Of a stretch of 64,000 nt of DNA, positions 12,986 through 25,286 are shown piece by piece. The DNA comes from Cirrosporium novae-zelandiae (Eukaryota), in the NCBI GenBank assembly GCA_026023565.1, contig JAPETS010000001.1, positions 558,001 through 622,000 on the forward strand, written 5' to 3'. The translations under genes were made by a program, and so were the position numbers. Within the stretch, counting starts at the first letter, position 1. Each line of letters opens with the position of its first letter. Below the pieces are notes generated by a model. That model saw only the letters and a list, made by a program, of their open reading frames with translations, did no database searches and was not told the DNA's origin.

Positions 12986-14023
12986 ATGGTTAAATTCAAG
13001 AACCCATTACACCTCCTTCGAGCTCTCCTACGAGAATGTACATATCTTCCAGACCCTGCATCACGTCTCTACTTTCGTGACTGGATCATGTTGCGCTATA
13101 GAACCTATTGTCCTCGTGGCTCCTCTATCACATCCCAGGAATATTTACTAGGAAAAACCCCCCAAGACAGAGGACATCGTCGGATACAGCTCCTCAGACG
13201 TGGGCGAGAGACCCTTTCCCTCCTAAGACGTACCAATATAGGCTCCAAGAAGCCTTCTCAAAAAGTCTTGGAACTTACGTATGGCCGATGCGGGAAACGG
13301 AGACATGAATTGATGGAAACACTATTTGAACCGGATATACCCCAAGATGCACAAGCCGTAGAAGCACTAGCTGCAAGCCTAGACGAAATGAAAGATAAAT
13401 ACAAACTCGGGCCGAAGGTGAGGGCTTTGCTGATAAGTCAACGACAGCACAAGTCGAAGCTAAAGGGCTACGTAAAAAGCATGCCAAGCTTGGAACCAGA
13501 GATTCCTGAAACTAATAGCTGGGGGAGACCCATGCCGCAACGCAGAGTGAAAAACATTAAAAAGCGGTGGAATGCAGATGTTCGTGATAAAATCATTCCG
13601 CCATTGCCAGAAGAGGAATGGAATCGCCTCCGCGACCTTGCATATGGTACAATTGAAGTTCCGGTGCCACCCCCCCGAAGACCAAGTCCAGAGCAGCAAA
13701 GCAATCCCGAGGAAGCTAGTCTGCTGACACTAGAGTTCCTTTCTCACAGCCTCGTGAATAACCCTTCTCTAAAATCAAAACTCAAGCAAAGACCACACGC
13801 TATAACGTTAAGATCGATGCGAAGGGCATGGCAGGAGGTATTCGTTCTATGTCCCGTCTTGAGGTGGAATCGAACCTACCAACGTTGGGAGGTTGAATGG
13901 GGAGCCTCCAAGAAGGATAGTGCCTCTCGTCCAGTAGCAAGTGACGCTGAACTTGAGCTTTTCTCTGATGCTAAGCAAGGAAAAAGCACAACCGAGTCAA
14001 TAGCAAAGAATCATGTGGATTGA
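12986..14023 (+). CDS. LYR-motif (Complex1_LYR-like) probably mitochondrial protein
   Basis: N-terminal LHLLRALLRECTYLPDP, YGRCGKRRHELM, NSWGRPMP..RVKNI motifs; intact basic 345-aa ORF. Confidence 0.7.
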   Translation: MVKFKNPLHLLRALLRECTYLPDPASRLYFRDWIMLRYRTYCPRGSSITSQEYLLGKTPQDRGHRRIQLLRRGRETLSLLRRTNIGSKKPSQKVLELTYGRCGKRRHELMETLFEPDIPQDAQAVEALAASLDEMKDKYKLGPKVRALLISQRQHKSKLKGYVKSMPSLEPEIPETNSWGRPMPQRRVKNIKKRWNADVRDKIIPPLPEEEWNRLRDLAYGTIEVPVPPPRRPSPEQQSNPEEASLLTLEFLSHSLVNNPSLKSKLKQRPHAITLRSMRRAWQEVFVLCPVLRWNRTYQRWEVEWGASKKDSASRPVASDAELELFSDAKQGKSTTESIAKNHVD

Positions 14024-15264
14024 GCATGGGAACCGTAAGACCAAGGCCCAACACAATAAGGCCAGAATACCTTGCTCAAGATGAGAAACCCGTGGACAAT
14101 AATTCCCTCAGAGTGTAGTATTTCTACTATAAAACTTGACCAAAAAAAGTGAAATCGATACCCAAGGACCCTACGAAACGGAGAAAAGTGGTTTAATGAT
14201 ATAGATTGACCTTCTGCCAAATCGAAACTTTTTGCATTAATGTTCCAAAAAAGGGTAGAAGTCATGTCAAGATTTCAACTTCTATGGCCGATGTGCTGAA
14301 GATAACCCCCTAACAAGCTTGATTATAATAATACCACCAACTCAACTTGGATGTCAGCCTAATGTCCTAGATGATGCTATTCAAGGAATAGACCAGACCG
14401 AGCTTTTTGATAGACCAACCAGACTATAACTGCCCAAGGTCTATTTTGGTCCAATGCGAATTATAGAATAGGAGGATTTCTATGGTAGTGAGGTTTGTGT
14501 GGGGGGGGGAGAGCATCCGGGTCCCAAAATAAGAAGAAACCCACAAGCTCGTTTCCTCACTTATTTGCCCACCAAAATGGTTTCCCTAATTGTTAGAAAG
14601 GCAAAACCAACCCTTTTACCTGGGATATCCGCTACTTGAGCGGATATCTAGTTTCGCTGTCTTCAGTTCTCTACAACCCGCTTTCCAACTTGTTCAACCC
14701 CTAAATCTCGCTGTCATTAACAAAACACCTTGTTCCCCGCTTCTTAACACGATCCTCCCCTCCCCGTCGCAACCTTCCACCACAGATAACCTTATCTTCC
14801 TCAATGAGCCTTCCTCCCAATATCTTTCTCCAGGGACACGGATATCTATGCTTTAATTCGTTATTCATGTGTCAAAGGTGTCAAGCCACATGTATACCTC
14901 AGGCCTCTATACTGTATCATGTGGATATGTTATAACGCCCCTTTATAACTTTCAAACGTCATCTTCTTCATCTTTCATATCTATTTTCCCGTAAAATTCA
15001 TACATATGTATATATATACAAAGTCGTAAGTAACATATTTGTTTCTCGTCTCATCAAAAGCCACAATCGGGTATCTCCCTCATATTCAGCAACGACACAA
15101 AACTCCTACAAAACGCATCTTAACAAGAATTGAACCAAAGCTAACCTAATGCTAAACGTCTCTTCCATCTCTTTATTTATCATTCATCTTTTTCTTTTTT
15201 ATGACTGTGCTACCGCCCATACAAGAAGGGAAAAAAATAAAAGTAAGAAAAAGACATAAGAAAA

Positions 15265-18200
15265 TTATATCTTCAATGATCCCAAGTCATAACAGATACA
15301 GCTGCCAGTGCGAAAGTTATATATAAACGCATTGCGGGCTCCTTCTTTATCTCTCATCTCTTCTAATAGCTCTTGCACCTGCATCAGGTACTTGCGATCC
15401 ACGAGTGGAGCATCCTGGCAAACTTTCCGCCAGCTTTCAGGGTCCGATAACCGTGTGTCGCGTATAGCTTCGAGTACTCGATCTGTAGTTTCGATAGCAG
15501 CAATGGGACCGTCAAGCAGTTCCTGGGACAGCTCCTGGGCCCTCTGTTGTGCAGACTCGACAATATTACGGCGATTGATCTTCTTGCTACGATGCTGGGC
15601 CTGCAAGACACGCACGTCTGCGCCTTTCTCGTTACTCGGTCCTGCGGAAAAGGAGTCGTGATGACTAGGCAATCTGGTCATGCGCGGCATCGTTACGACA
15701 CCTGAACCAGTAGCATCTTTATGGTCCCTCGCTCCAATCTGCGCGCGTATCCAAGACACGAGGTCGGACATACGGACGTCAAGATCTGGGGTCTTCTCTG
15801 TCATCGTTTTGATTTTTAAAGTACGATCAACCATGTTAGAACCAGGATCATGGCGAAGAATGACGACCCAGCTATGCGGGTCGTCTTTATAATGAGACAT
15901 TAATTCTTCGTGTGAAGAAGCGTCGATGGCTAACTCAGCACTGATTCCATTGGTCCAGAGTTCCTGCATGACTTCGAGCCCTGCGGTGCGAAGAAGGTTG
16001 GGGTCTAGGGATGCTACAAGTACGTCACAGCGTTTACTAGCCCAGGCCCCTTGAGTTTCCACTTCACTTTTCTTGAGAAATTTTTTGGGAGGTGTTTTCA
16101 TGTAGCGAGCCATTGATGTGCAGAGCTTGTCCCATCCGAGATTAAAGCCCACAGCATGATATTCGGACTTCCGGTCCGTTGTTTGGAGCTGAAAGTCTTT
16201 GATAAGACGATCATAGCGTCCTCCTGCGGCGAAAACGTCCCTTTTCTTTGTGTCACTTACGCACTGAAATATAAATCCACCACGGTAGAATTTTTCGTTG
16301 AAGCTGCTCAAAGGATTTACATAAACTTTTCGTTTTACCCCCATCCGTTTAAGATAGGTGGTGACCGCGTTGAGATGCGTGAAAATGGCATCAAGCCTAG
16401 CAGATAATTCCGAGTCGTCGAATATTCCCTTAAGCTTTTGATGAGCCTTGTCTGGTCGGTCTCTAAAATCGAATCGGATCAGGTCGTCAAGCGAGGTGGT
16501 AGAAATCGCAAGTGGCGGAGAGCGAAGCTCGTTCCGTATTTTCTGCCAGGTCCATTGTCCCACATTTAGCTTGCCCACAATGTCTTTAGCGATGGAACGC
16601 TGGGCTCCACTGATGCGGCAGAAATCCATAATAATGTCCAGTAAATCAGAGTGGTTGATGTGGAAGCACATTGGAGATGATCGAAGTGATGGAAATTCAT
16701 TAATGATTTCATCAAGAACTTTGATGACTTCTGCTTCCCTCAATGCGAGGTCTAATGTGTCATGCGAAACAACGTCAAAGTCAACTTCGCGATGGCTGCG
16801 GGGTTGGCAACCATTCAGTGCCTCTCGAAAGACTGTACCAAAGCAGAAGCTCTTATCGGGAGTTACTTCGCCCTTCGCGATAGCTCTGGCATTAGGTAGC
16901 GTCAAATCATAAGGTAGCTGAACAAGCGTGCTAGAAGAATCAAGTAGTCGTACAACGCTCGATGGATAATAATCGGATTTTGGGAATAACATTTGTCTTC
17001 GACCTTGGACGGCTCCATGGTGTCGGAATATCGAGATGAGCTTGTCTTTAACCATTCCTTGAAGGAATAGCTCATGAGGTGTCGTTTTGTGCACAGATCT
17101 TGCATCCCAGGCAAAGTCTTGGACTTTCTTTGACGGCCTCTCGAAGAGAGCAGCCATCATTTGCTGGTAGTAAGGAGAATCGGGATTCGAAAGACGTTCG
17201 AGTGCTAGACGAACTGTCTCATCCTCCATTTGTGTAGGAACTATCCCAGATCGAAGCAGCTCGGCACTGCTAGGTCGCTCATTTGGTTTATGATTGAGTA
17301 GAGAAAGAATAATATCGCCTTGGGCTCCCTTATCGGAGCTTGAAAAATCTGACGGGAGGGTGTGTTCGGGTTCTCGAAGATCACGTAGAATCTGATCTCG
17401 TTCCATACCTGTCTTAAGGGGATAACACATTTCGAAGAAAATTATGCCCAGAGAGTACATATCAACCTTTTGGTTATATTGCATACCAGCTGACGACCTC
17501 AACTCAGGAGCCACATAGAACGTAGTGCCAATGCTGTGAGTTAAGCTATCTCCCATAATTGCCAACGAGGAGGTCTTGTCCACGGAAAACTGGCCGCTAG
17601 TAGCTAGTCCAAAATCACCAATCCGTGGAGCATTACTAACATCAATAAAGATATTTTCTGGCTTCAAATCGCGATGGATGATACCGTGGCTATGGATATG
17701 GGCAAGTCCTTCTAGAATTTGACGAAACAAACGCCAGCTTTCTTCGACATTCTCGCAGAGACCTTGCCCAATTAGATCACGCATTGTTTTCTTTTCACAA
17801 TACTCCATTTGAATATATAAAGTTGTTGAAGTAGAAGCTGCCTCTGAACTCGAGCGAGATTTTCGTGTTTGTGGTTTTGGCGATCTCCTAGTGGGGCTTC
17901 GTACACCAGTTGAGCGGCCCGAACGGCTCTGTAAACCAGGGGAAATAACTCCATCAGACTCCGTGCTTGGTTCTTCCTCATCGCTATCATATCCGAATTC
18001 TATTTTCGGATAGCCACTAGAACTGATAAAATCGAGACCTCCTGCACTATGGGCGAGTTCCAACTCTAGGTCCTGGTCGTACTCCTCATCAGAGTCGGAT
18101 ACACTAGACGGCGAATCAGTTGAAGATACCGCCACCTCGTTGTTCGACTGTGCTTGATTGAAGTCTTCTTCAATCCAAGCAGTGAAATACCGTACGACGT

Positions 18201-20277
18201 ATGGATGATTAAGCCTCGAAAGCAGCATAATCTCTGACAACACATCCGTAAGCGCAGATTTGGACTTTTCCGTAATCTTTTTGACAGCGTAGAAGCGGCC
18301 ATCTAGTTTGTTTCGTGCCTTCACAACCTCCCCAAAACCTCCTCTACCTAAACGTCCAGCCTCAACAAAATCATTCTGATATCTTGATGGATTGCTTCCA
18401 ATAGGAATAGAATCATGCCTACTCCGAGGCACTACTGCAATAGCAGCGCTGGTTGGGGTTTCGGATTGGTCTAAAGGTGGCTCGTCATTCCGCAAAAATT
18501 CAAACGGAAGAAGGTCAAATGCGGTTGGTCTTCTTTTAGGGTCTGACCTGAAGATTTCCCGGACTATAGATTCGAAGGACTCCGAAAGGTCTAGCGAATT
18601 AATTAAAGAAGTTGGAGAGGCATAGGTTCGGAGGATATCAACACCAAACGCCATCTGGAGAAGGACTAAACCAAGATCCCAGATGTCACTTTGGGCTGTT
18701 CTGGTACCCTCATTACGAGCAAACTCGGGCGGAGACCAATAAGCCGAGCGCGCGCTGGCCGCACTCGGTGGCTTGTTTGTAAATGCATGAGACATTGAAT
18801 ATGAGTAAGCATCAGCGATCTTAATAGAGAATTCTCCATTGCTAGATGAGTCCTCGGTAAGTAGGATATTGTCTGGGTGAATGGACTTGTGAACAATGCC
18901 ATTTCGATGCAAGAAGTCGGTTGCCTCGAGTAGTTGTATCATCCAAGCTTTCACATTGGATGCCTTGAATGGGCTATGAACAGCCAACTGCCTTCGCAGA
19001 GACCCCATATTTGCATAGTCGGTAAGAAAATACATATCCCATGAAGCTCCCGGGTTGCGGGTGATCTTAAACTCAATAGGATCTAGGACATTTGGGTGGC
19101 GGAGTTTCTTCAACTTTTCTAGCTCCGCCTCCAGACTACGGACCTTCTCGGTAGTCTCCTTGTCATGCTTATCTCCTTCTTTATCGCCAATAATTACATG
19201 ACGGAGAGCAAACAAGGGAGCAGAATCTGCAAGTAACGCGTTGACCGGTTGAACAATGGAAACTTCAGACCATCCTTGTGGGAAGCCTCTAGGAGCTCTC
19301 TTGTTGATTTTCGCTTTCCCAAAAACGGATCGAAAACTACATACCTGTCCCCCGGCAGAATAAGCAATTCGTCTTTCGAACGTAGTAAAGCCGGGGGATT
19401 GTGATAAGGCATTTTCCAGAAGTTCCTCTTGCTTTGAGTATTCAGAAAAAGTGTCCGTAGGCCTCCTGGGCTTCTTGGCTTTATCATGACGTCGCTTCAA
19501 CTCCTCCTCGACAAGTTTACCCAAGGCACGCTCTTCCTCAGCGTTCTCTGCTTCCTTTTTCTTTGCCATTTGTTCCTCCTGTTGCTGTGCTTCCTGCAAT
19601 GACGCCGCTGCTTGAACAGCTCGTTCATTTTCCAGACTTGGCAATTCCTTCATGCGAACTTTTTTCTCTGCCGCTTCCTCCAGTATGTCCTGTATGGCCA
19701 TGGCAATCTCGAATATCATTTCAGACCCAAGAAGGGTTTTTGGTTTGGTTTTTAGAACATCCTCGATCGAGGCACGTGTGTTCTCGGGAAGGCTTGCAGC
19801 GTTAACAAGGGACAGTTGAGGAACAGTTTTAGGGTAGGTATTAGGCATAGTAACTGCTAGATACGTGAAAGTGCCTTCATCAGAAAGAGCTTTTAGCCGT
19901 AGTCGAAAAGCATGGTCAGGAGTCTTGTTCCAAGCCAGGGGCTTCCCAGCGACTTCGACAAAATCATCCCCATAGATGGATGATAGAGCGTCCAGTTCAT
20001 TTTGTTGAACATCGGCATAGTATTCGGTTGCAGAAACCCTCCTCTTCTTTTCCTCGGCTGGGGGATCTGGGGATTTCTTTTCTCTGGTATCTGTCCCGTG
20101 AATTCCATTATTGGTACCCGGAGCCGATGTAGGGCTGATCGGGGGACTATTGGAGGCCTTTACCTGGCCGACCGGCCCTTTTCCACAGCCCTTGACCTTG
20201 GAAGGGGTCGCAGAATATGTACGTTGGTGATTGTTTTGCTGTACTATTTTACTCCATGTTGGTTTTGAGGCGAACAT
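15265..20277 (-). CDS. GCN2: eIF2-alpha kinase Gcn2 (CpcC/CPC-3)
   Basis: RWD domain (QQNELDALSSIY, YPKTVP), pseudokinase, kinase (SRYQNDF, LGRGGFGEV, LYIQMEYCE, HRDLKPEN, IGDFGLA), HisRS-like domain (QLPYDLT, AAGGRYD) and C-terminal domain in one 1670-aa ORF. Confidence 0.97.
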   Translation of the reverse strand: MFASKPTWSKIVQQNNHQRTYSATPSKVKGCGKGPVGQVKASNSPPISPTSAPGTNNGIHGTDTREKKSPDPPAEEKKRRVSATEYYADVQQNELDALSSIYGDDFVEVAGKPLAWNKTPDHAFRLRLKALSDEGTFTYLAVTMPNTYPKTVPQLSLVNAASLPENTRASIEDVLKTKPKTLLGSEMIFEIAMAIQDILEEAAEKKVRMKELPSLENERAVQAAASLQEAQQQEEQMAKKKEAENAEEERALGKLVEEELKRRHDKAKKPRRPTDTFSEYSKQEELLENALSQSPGFTTFERRIAYSAGGQVCSFRSVFGKAKINKRAPRGFPQGWSEVSIVQPVNALLADSAPLFALRHVIIGDKEGDKHDKETTEKVRSLEAELEKLKKLRHPNVLDPIEFKITRNPGASWDMYFLTDYANMGSLRRQLAVHSPFKASNVKAWMIQLLEATDFLHRNGIVHKSIHPDNILLTEDSSSNGEFSIKIADAYSYSMSHAFTNKPPSAASARSAYWSPPEFARNEGTRTAQSDIWDLGLVLLQMAFGVDILRTYASPTSLINSLDLSESFESIVREIFRSDPKRRPTAFDLLPFEFLRNDEPPLDQSETPTSAAIAVVPRSRHDSIPIGSNPSRYQNDFVEAGRLGRGGFGEVVKARNKLDGRFYAVKKITEKSKSALTDVLSEIMLLSRLNHPYVVRYFTAWIEEDFNQAQSNNEVAVSSTDSPSSVSDSDEEYDQDLELELAHSAGGLDFISSSGYPKIEFGYDSDEEEPSTESDGVISPGLQSRSGRSTGVRSPTRRSPKPQTRKSRSSSEAASTSTTLYIQMEYCEKKTMRDLIGQGLCENVEESWRLFRQILEGLAHIHSHGIIHRDLKPENIFIDVSNAPRIGDFGLATSGQFSVDKTSSLAIMGDSLTHSIGTTFYVAPELRSSAGMQYNQKVDMYSLGIIFFEMCYPLKTGMERDQILRDLREPEHTLPSDFSSSDKGAQGDIILSLLNHKPNERPSSAELLRSGIVPTQMEDETVRLALERLSNPDSPYYQQMMAALFERPSKKVQDFAWDARSVHKTTPHELFLQGMVKDKLISIFRHHGAVQGRRQMLFPKSDYYPSSVVRLLDSSSTLVQLPYDLTLPNARAIAKGEVTPDKSFCFGTVFREALNGCQPRSHREVDFDVVSHDTLDLALREAEVIKVLDEIINEFPSLRSSPMCFHINHSDLLDIIMDFCRISGAQRSIAKDIVGKLNVGQWTWQKIRNELRSPPLAISTTSLDDLIRFDFRDRPDKAHQKLKGIFDDSELSARLDAIFTHLNAVTTYLKRMGVKRKVYVNPLSSFNEKFYRGGFIFQCVSDTKKRDVFAAGGRYDRLIKDFQLQTTDRKSEYHAVGFNLGWDKLCTSMARYMKTPPKKFLKKSEVETQGAWASKRCDVLVASLDPNLLRTAGLEVMQELWTNGISAELAIDASSHEELMSHYKDDPHSWVVILRHDPGSNMVDRTLKIKTMTEKTPDLDVRMSDLVSWIRAQIGARDHKDATGSGVVTMPRMTRLPSHHDSFSAGPSNEKGADVRVLQAQHRSKKINRRNIVESAQQRAQELSQELLDGPIAAIETTDRVLEAIRDTRLSDPESWRKVCQDAPLVDRKYLMQVQELLEEMRDKEGARNAFIYNFRTGSCICYDLGSLKI

Positions 20278-20852
20278 GGTGGGCTTTTAGGTAGACTTCA
20301 TGGAAATGGTGCATGGAAGTGGCTATAATCGATGGAGTTGTATGAAACAGCAAAAACCAAGGAAGGAAGCCAAGCAGCCGAAGCTGCAGCCCTTCAAAGG
20401 GAAATAATAATAATAGAGGCCATCGTGGCTCGGGTGGTATAACTATAGAAGTGGAAAATAATGATGAGGAGGAATGATTTGAAAGTGTCAGGAAGCCTTC
20501 GAAGGTTCGAAATACGGGCAGCTCAACTGTTGTCTCGGCGGGCGGTCTAGCATCTGCTATTTGGTTGGGTCAAAGGGGTCGAAGGGCGTAACGGGGGACC
20601 CTGTTATCCCCGAACTTTATTGGTTGAGTCGTCCACCGTCTTTCGTAGTCTTTCTAGTCTTTCTAGTTCTTCCATCCTTGAACTCTTAGAGCTCCCCACG
20701 TTTGTTTATCCCCACGTCGACTAAGGTAAACACGACGCGAGACACTTCACACCTTGTACCAGTACCTTTCTGTCTTACTTTTGTTTTTTAGAACCCACTC
20801 ATTCTCAAGCTCAATCAATCTTTGCCAGCTAATGCATTCCCCATAGTTAAAT

Positions 20853-23116
20853 ATGCTTGATTGGTTGGTAGGGGCGAATGATCCCCCTCAGGCTGTGCCT
20901 GGTAAGCACCTCAATCCACCTCACCCACCATCAAGCTACCTATCAATACTAAGTGGTGTTTTTCTTCAACAGATCAATCTGTGTTCGACGAACCTCCTGA
21001 GACTCCTGCTCCACTTTTCGCCTACAAAGCTTTCAAATCAGCCATCTTTGGAGAGCCCGACCCCTTTGATGCAAACAACCCCATCAGGCCTAATGCAGAA
21101 GTGACGCATTCCATTTACGATAATGCAGCCAAATCTGTCAAGGATAGTAGGAACGGTGGTGGAAAAGCAGTACAATTGCCAGAGACCAAAGAGGTGGAAT
21201 TTCCTGCTCCAATTGAATCAGCCTCAGGGGGACCGATCAAAACACAGCCACCATCACCGACCAAAGGCATATTGTTGACACCTGGCACTGTTGGTCGTAG
21301 AAAAACTGTATCATTCGGCACCAATGTGTTGGATAATGAGAAAAAAAAGGAGGCACGACTTTCAATGAGTGGGCTTCCCGTATCCTATCCTGGGAAGTTT
21401 CCCAGTCCTTGGACACCAGGCCAACCAACATCTACCACTCAGGAAGACTCGACTTCTCGGTTATTATTTACAAATGGAGGGAGCAAGCGACAGGATAGTC
21501 CCGAAAAACAATGGCTAGAGTTAGGAGCTTGCGCGACTGTTGACGGTGAACTTAAGAGGCCAACAAATAAACCTGGACCGTCTGTTGAAGAAGACGATTG
21601 GGGGGCTGCCGATATGACTATCAACCTTGATGAGCCTCACTCAAGGTCAGGAAAATACTGGAAGATGGAATATGAGTCCTACCAGGGCAAAACGAGCAAG
21701 GAGATGCAAAAGTTACTAAAGTACAAACGCTTAGCTACTTCATATGCTAAGAAGAAGGATGATGAAGCCCTCAAGATCGCTCAACTTCTCAAACGGGAAC
21801 GTGCTAAAGTCGCCCAGATGGAAGACAACATTTCAAAATTGGCTGCCGAGTTTGCAAATGTCCATGTTGGTTCCGGTACTAGCGATTCAGCTCCAGCAAC
21901 AATGATGAAGGTCCTCGCCGAACAGACAACCTCGGCATTACATTATAAGCGTAAAGTCGACAGGCTGCAAGAAGAGCTGGAGCAGAATATTGTCCAGTTA
22001 GATGATAATTGTTTGGCTGATGAGATCGACCAGATTCCGGACGGCGTTCCAGTTGTATCTGCAAATACCAATACCCATATATCGGAGCGATCGGATTTTA
22101 CGGCGCAGCTAACAGCTTTGAAAGAAGCAGCAGCATCTGCCGAATCGAAGGCCTCAAAGCTGGAGAAGGAAAACCAGGAATTGAAGCACACGATTACTCG
22201 TGTCAAGACCGAGATGACTAGATACGAGCAGCGAAATCAAGCACGAGAAGATAAATTTCGACAACGCGAGAAAGACTTAAAAGCACAAGAGGAAGAAGTG
22301 AAAGCGCAACTTCTTGAGCTGCGGAAGCTTCAAGAAGAGCTCACGAGAGGTAGATCCGAGCAATTTCGAGTAAGCTCTTATAACAAAATAGCAGAAGACC
22401 CTGTAGCGGAGATGGAAGATAGAATCCCCCAAGAGGGAAGCCGGCTCTCTCCTACGAAGGATGTGACTACCCCGAGATTTTCTACGCATGATATTCCCTC
22501 CGACCCAAAGCCCAATTTTGGAGCATCAGCTAGACCGGTGTCCATGAGAAGTGCTTCTTTGGAAAGATGGGATCATTCTGATGGTTTTGTCTCTGATATT
22601 TGGACCTCGGATGAAGTTATATCGAAACCTGCAGGAGTAAGCGTTCAGCCAAAGCGGCGTCTTCGGCGCCGATCACATGTCTCTTCTGACATTCATACTG
22701 CTCTTGCGGAGATTGATCCAAATGATCAAGGTCAGGCGTCTGCTCAGGAGGGGTCAGGGGCAGGTTCGCGAAGGAACAGTCTTCACATGGGGGAAAATCG
22801 GGTGGGAGGATCCCGTATGGAGTCTCTGGACGTGTCAACGTTATCTGGCGTTCAAAACATAGACCATCACCCTGTCAAGAATGTCTTTTCCCCTCGACCT
22901 TCTATGTTTAGCTTTGATCCTGAGACGCCTAAACGCCGAGCCCCAGGCTTGACACGTCGCCAGGCATCCACAAGTTTGTCACAGGCGGGAAGAGATAATG
23001 GTGGGCGACATCACTCTACTCTACCACCCGATAGACTTGCTGCAGCCAAAGCCAGGCTAGAGCAAAAGAGAAGGGAGAAGAAGGGGGCAGCCTCCTCAAG
23101 CCAGGATAGTAATTAA
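20853..23116 (+). CDS. Spindle pole body-associated Cut12-domain coiled-coil protein
   Basis: EPPETPAPLFAYKAFKSAIFG, SPTKGILLTPGT..RKTVSFG, PGKFPSPW, EPHSRSGKYWK; long coiled coil; intron 20902-20972 links ATG 20853 to the main ORF. Confidence 0.8.
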
Positions 23117-24208
23117 GGTTAAATTTCAGGTGGAGGGGGTGTGGTGTAGAGTGCTGTACAATAGCAATATGTTATAATTAGATACCCGGTAGTAGGACTT
23201 AATCTAGTCGATTCTCACTTAGGTAGCACCATAAAACGAATGGACCTCTCCCCCTTACGCCCGGATATCAAGATGGCGTTTTTTTGTTATATTACTCGGG
23301 CAAAGGTCCAAGTCTCCAGGGTTTAGGATGCTTGTATACTCCTTGCACAATCCAGCATGGATGGTATCGGCTCCCCTTGATGAACTATTCAGTTGCTGCC
23401 ACATCGTATTTGTTTCATGATCCGAGTGGCGCTGAAGGTGTTCAGCGATGGCAAAAATCAGGAGAGGCATGTATTTATCGTCATCATAAATTGCTGTTGA
23501 TATAATGGGCCTCGAAAATGACATTGACGACTATCGGAATCCCACATTTAGAAGCGGTTTCCCGTACGTCATAAGCAGGTTACTGATACTCTCCTTCTGT
23601 GGAATATTGCTCTTCATAAAGCGAAGACTCTCGAATAAAACAGCGTGACATCGAGCCGGAATTGTTCCCGGGTTCCTTACAGGGCTACTGCAAATCATGC
23701 ATATGACATTTTATTCTGATAGAAAGGTCACAACGCCTTTCCCTAAGTTTGCACACAGTACACACTTAGCGAATGAATACAACCACCACAACGGCTGACA
23801 ATGGCTGGATCTTCTGCGTCTGACAGGAGCCACGTCCTAGTGACGGATTATGAACGGGTTCAGGACCTTGCGTGGAAGATGTTCCGTCAATTGTCAAGTC
23901 TTAATTGATCATGAGGTCTGTATGGTCAATGGTCGAGTGGCCTTCGCCGTCTTTTACTTACGGTAACTACAGCCTACTGACGCTACGACACCCCCCCCGG
24001 TCGAATATCTGATGTAATGTTATCCAGACCATGGTTGATTATTATTCTCCTCGCGTCTCCAGATTCCTTCCATTGCCTTCTGTCGCTACAATTATCATTT
24101 CTGCCTCCATCTGTTGATTATGTCTTTATGTGACGATTACGCTCTCTGGCGTTAGCATTGAAAATCTGAGTATTTGTTTGATATCCCAGTTGGGTTGATG
24201 TTTTGAGC

Positions 24209-25286
24209 ATGGCCGAGAACAGCACAGTCCACTCCGTGGTCCCTTCTGAAGAACTCTCCGGTCATTCTGACGACGAGGGAGATCTTCCCGAACATCCATC
24301 GGGAGACGATGCGTCCACGTCCTCATCGTCTGAAGAACGGTTTGTTCAGGATATAACTCCGTCAGCTTAGCCTACTGACCGATAACAACAGACGCTCTAC
24401 CACTTCCCTGTCGAAAGAAAATATCGAACAAATTGTCGAAAATGGACGTCGTTATGCTAACTTTACCTATTACATGCCAAACGACGAGGCTGAAGAAACT
24501 CGGCTCAATATATTTCACCAGCTCTATCTCTTGATACTCGACGGCCGAGTTACAAAGGCTCCAATTCGTCGAGATGTCAAGAGAATCCTGGATGTCGGAG
24601 CAGGAACAGGGGATTGGGCAATAGGGATGGCAGAACTATTCCCACATGCACAAATTATCGCTACCGACATTAACATGTTCGACATGACAAGTTTGCCACC
24701 GAATGTGAGCTTCCAGATAGATGATGCTGAAGACGAGTGGACCTTCACGGAGCCGTTTGATTTGATTCATATTCGTGGCATGATGGGAGCTTTCGATGAC
24801 TGGGACCAAGTCTATTGTGAAGCCTACGAACATCTAAAAGATGGTGGTATCCTGGAAATCTCTGACTATGACTCCAAAGCAGTACTGGACTCAGTCTCGG
24901 GACCTTATACGAACATGTTAGCTTCCGCACTTATATCGGCAGCGGATGAATCCGGACGACCTTATAATATAAATCATCTCAAACGCTCGGCATTAGAAGC
25001 TGCAGGCTTTAGTGATATCCGAACAACGACAATAAACGTCCCGATTGGAACCTGGCCTACGGATCCAAGGGTGAAGACAATGGGCAAAATGTGGCTAATC
25101 TGTGTTCTCGAGGGATTGGAAGCCTGGGGCTTGAGGCTCCTTACGAGACATATGGGTTGGAAGACTAAAGATTTTCGAGATCTCTGCAACAAAGTCAAGA
25201 GAGAGCTAATGGAACCGAAAAATGAAGGTTGCACATCTTTCCATTTTGTGCTTGCACAGAAGCACCATCTAGAGACGACACCATAA
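24209..25286 (+). CDS. Class I SAM-dependent methyltransferase, LaeA-like family
   Basis: ENGRRY...YYMPNDEAEETRL, ILDVGAGTGDWAI, FQIDDAE..W, FDLIHIR, PIGTWP; intron 24340-24391. Confidence 0.88.

Noticed and set aside
15308..20268. Many short ORFs overlapping GCN2 (likewise those over Swi6, Sec12, Cla4 and Pos5)
   Set aside because: Antisense or alternate-frame shadows of long coding regions, without motifs.
24209..25286. Methyltransferase as laeA itself or as part of a secondary-metabolite cluster
   Set aside because: It belongs to a large paralogous family, the neighbours are housekeeping genes, and no backbone enzyme is present in the window.
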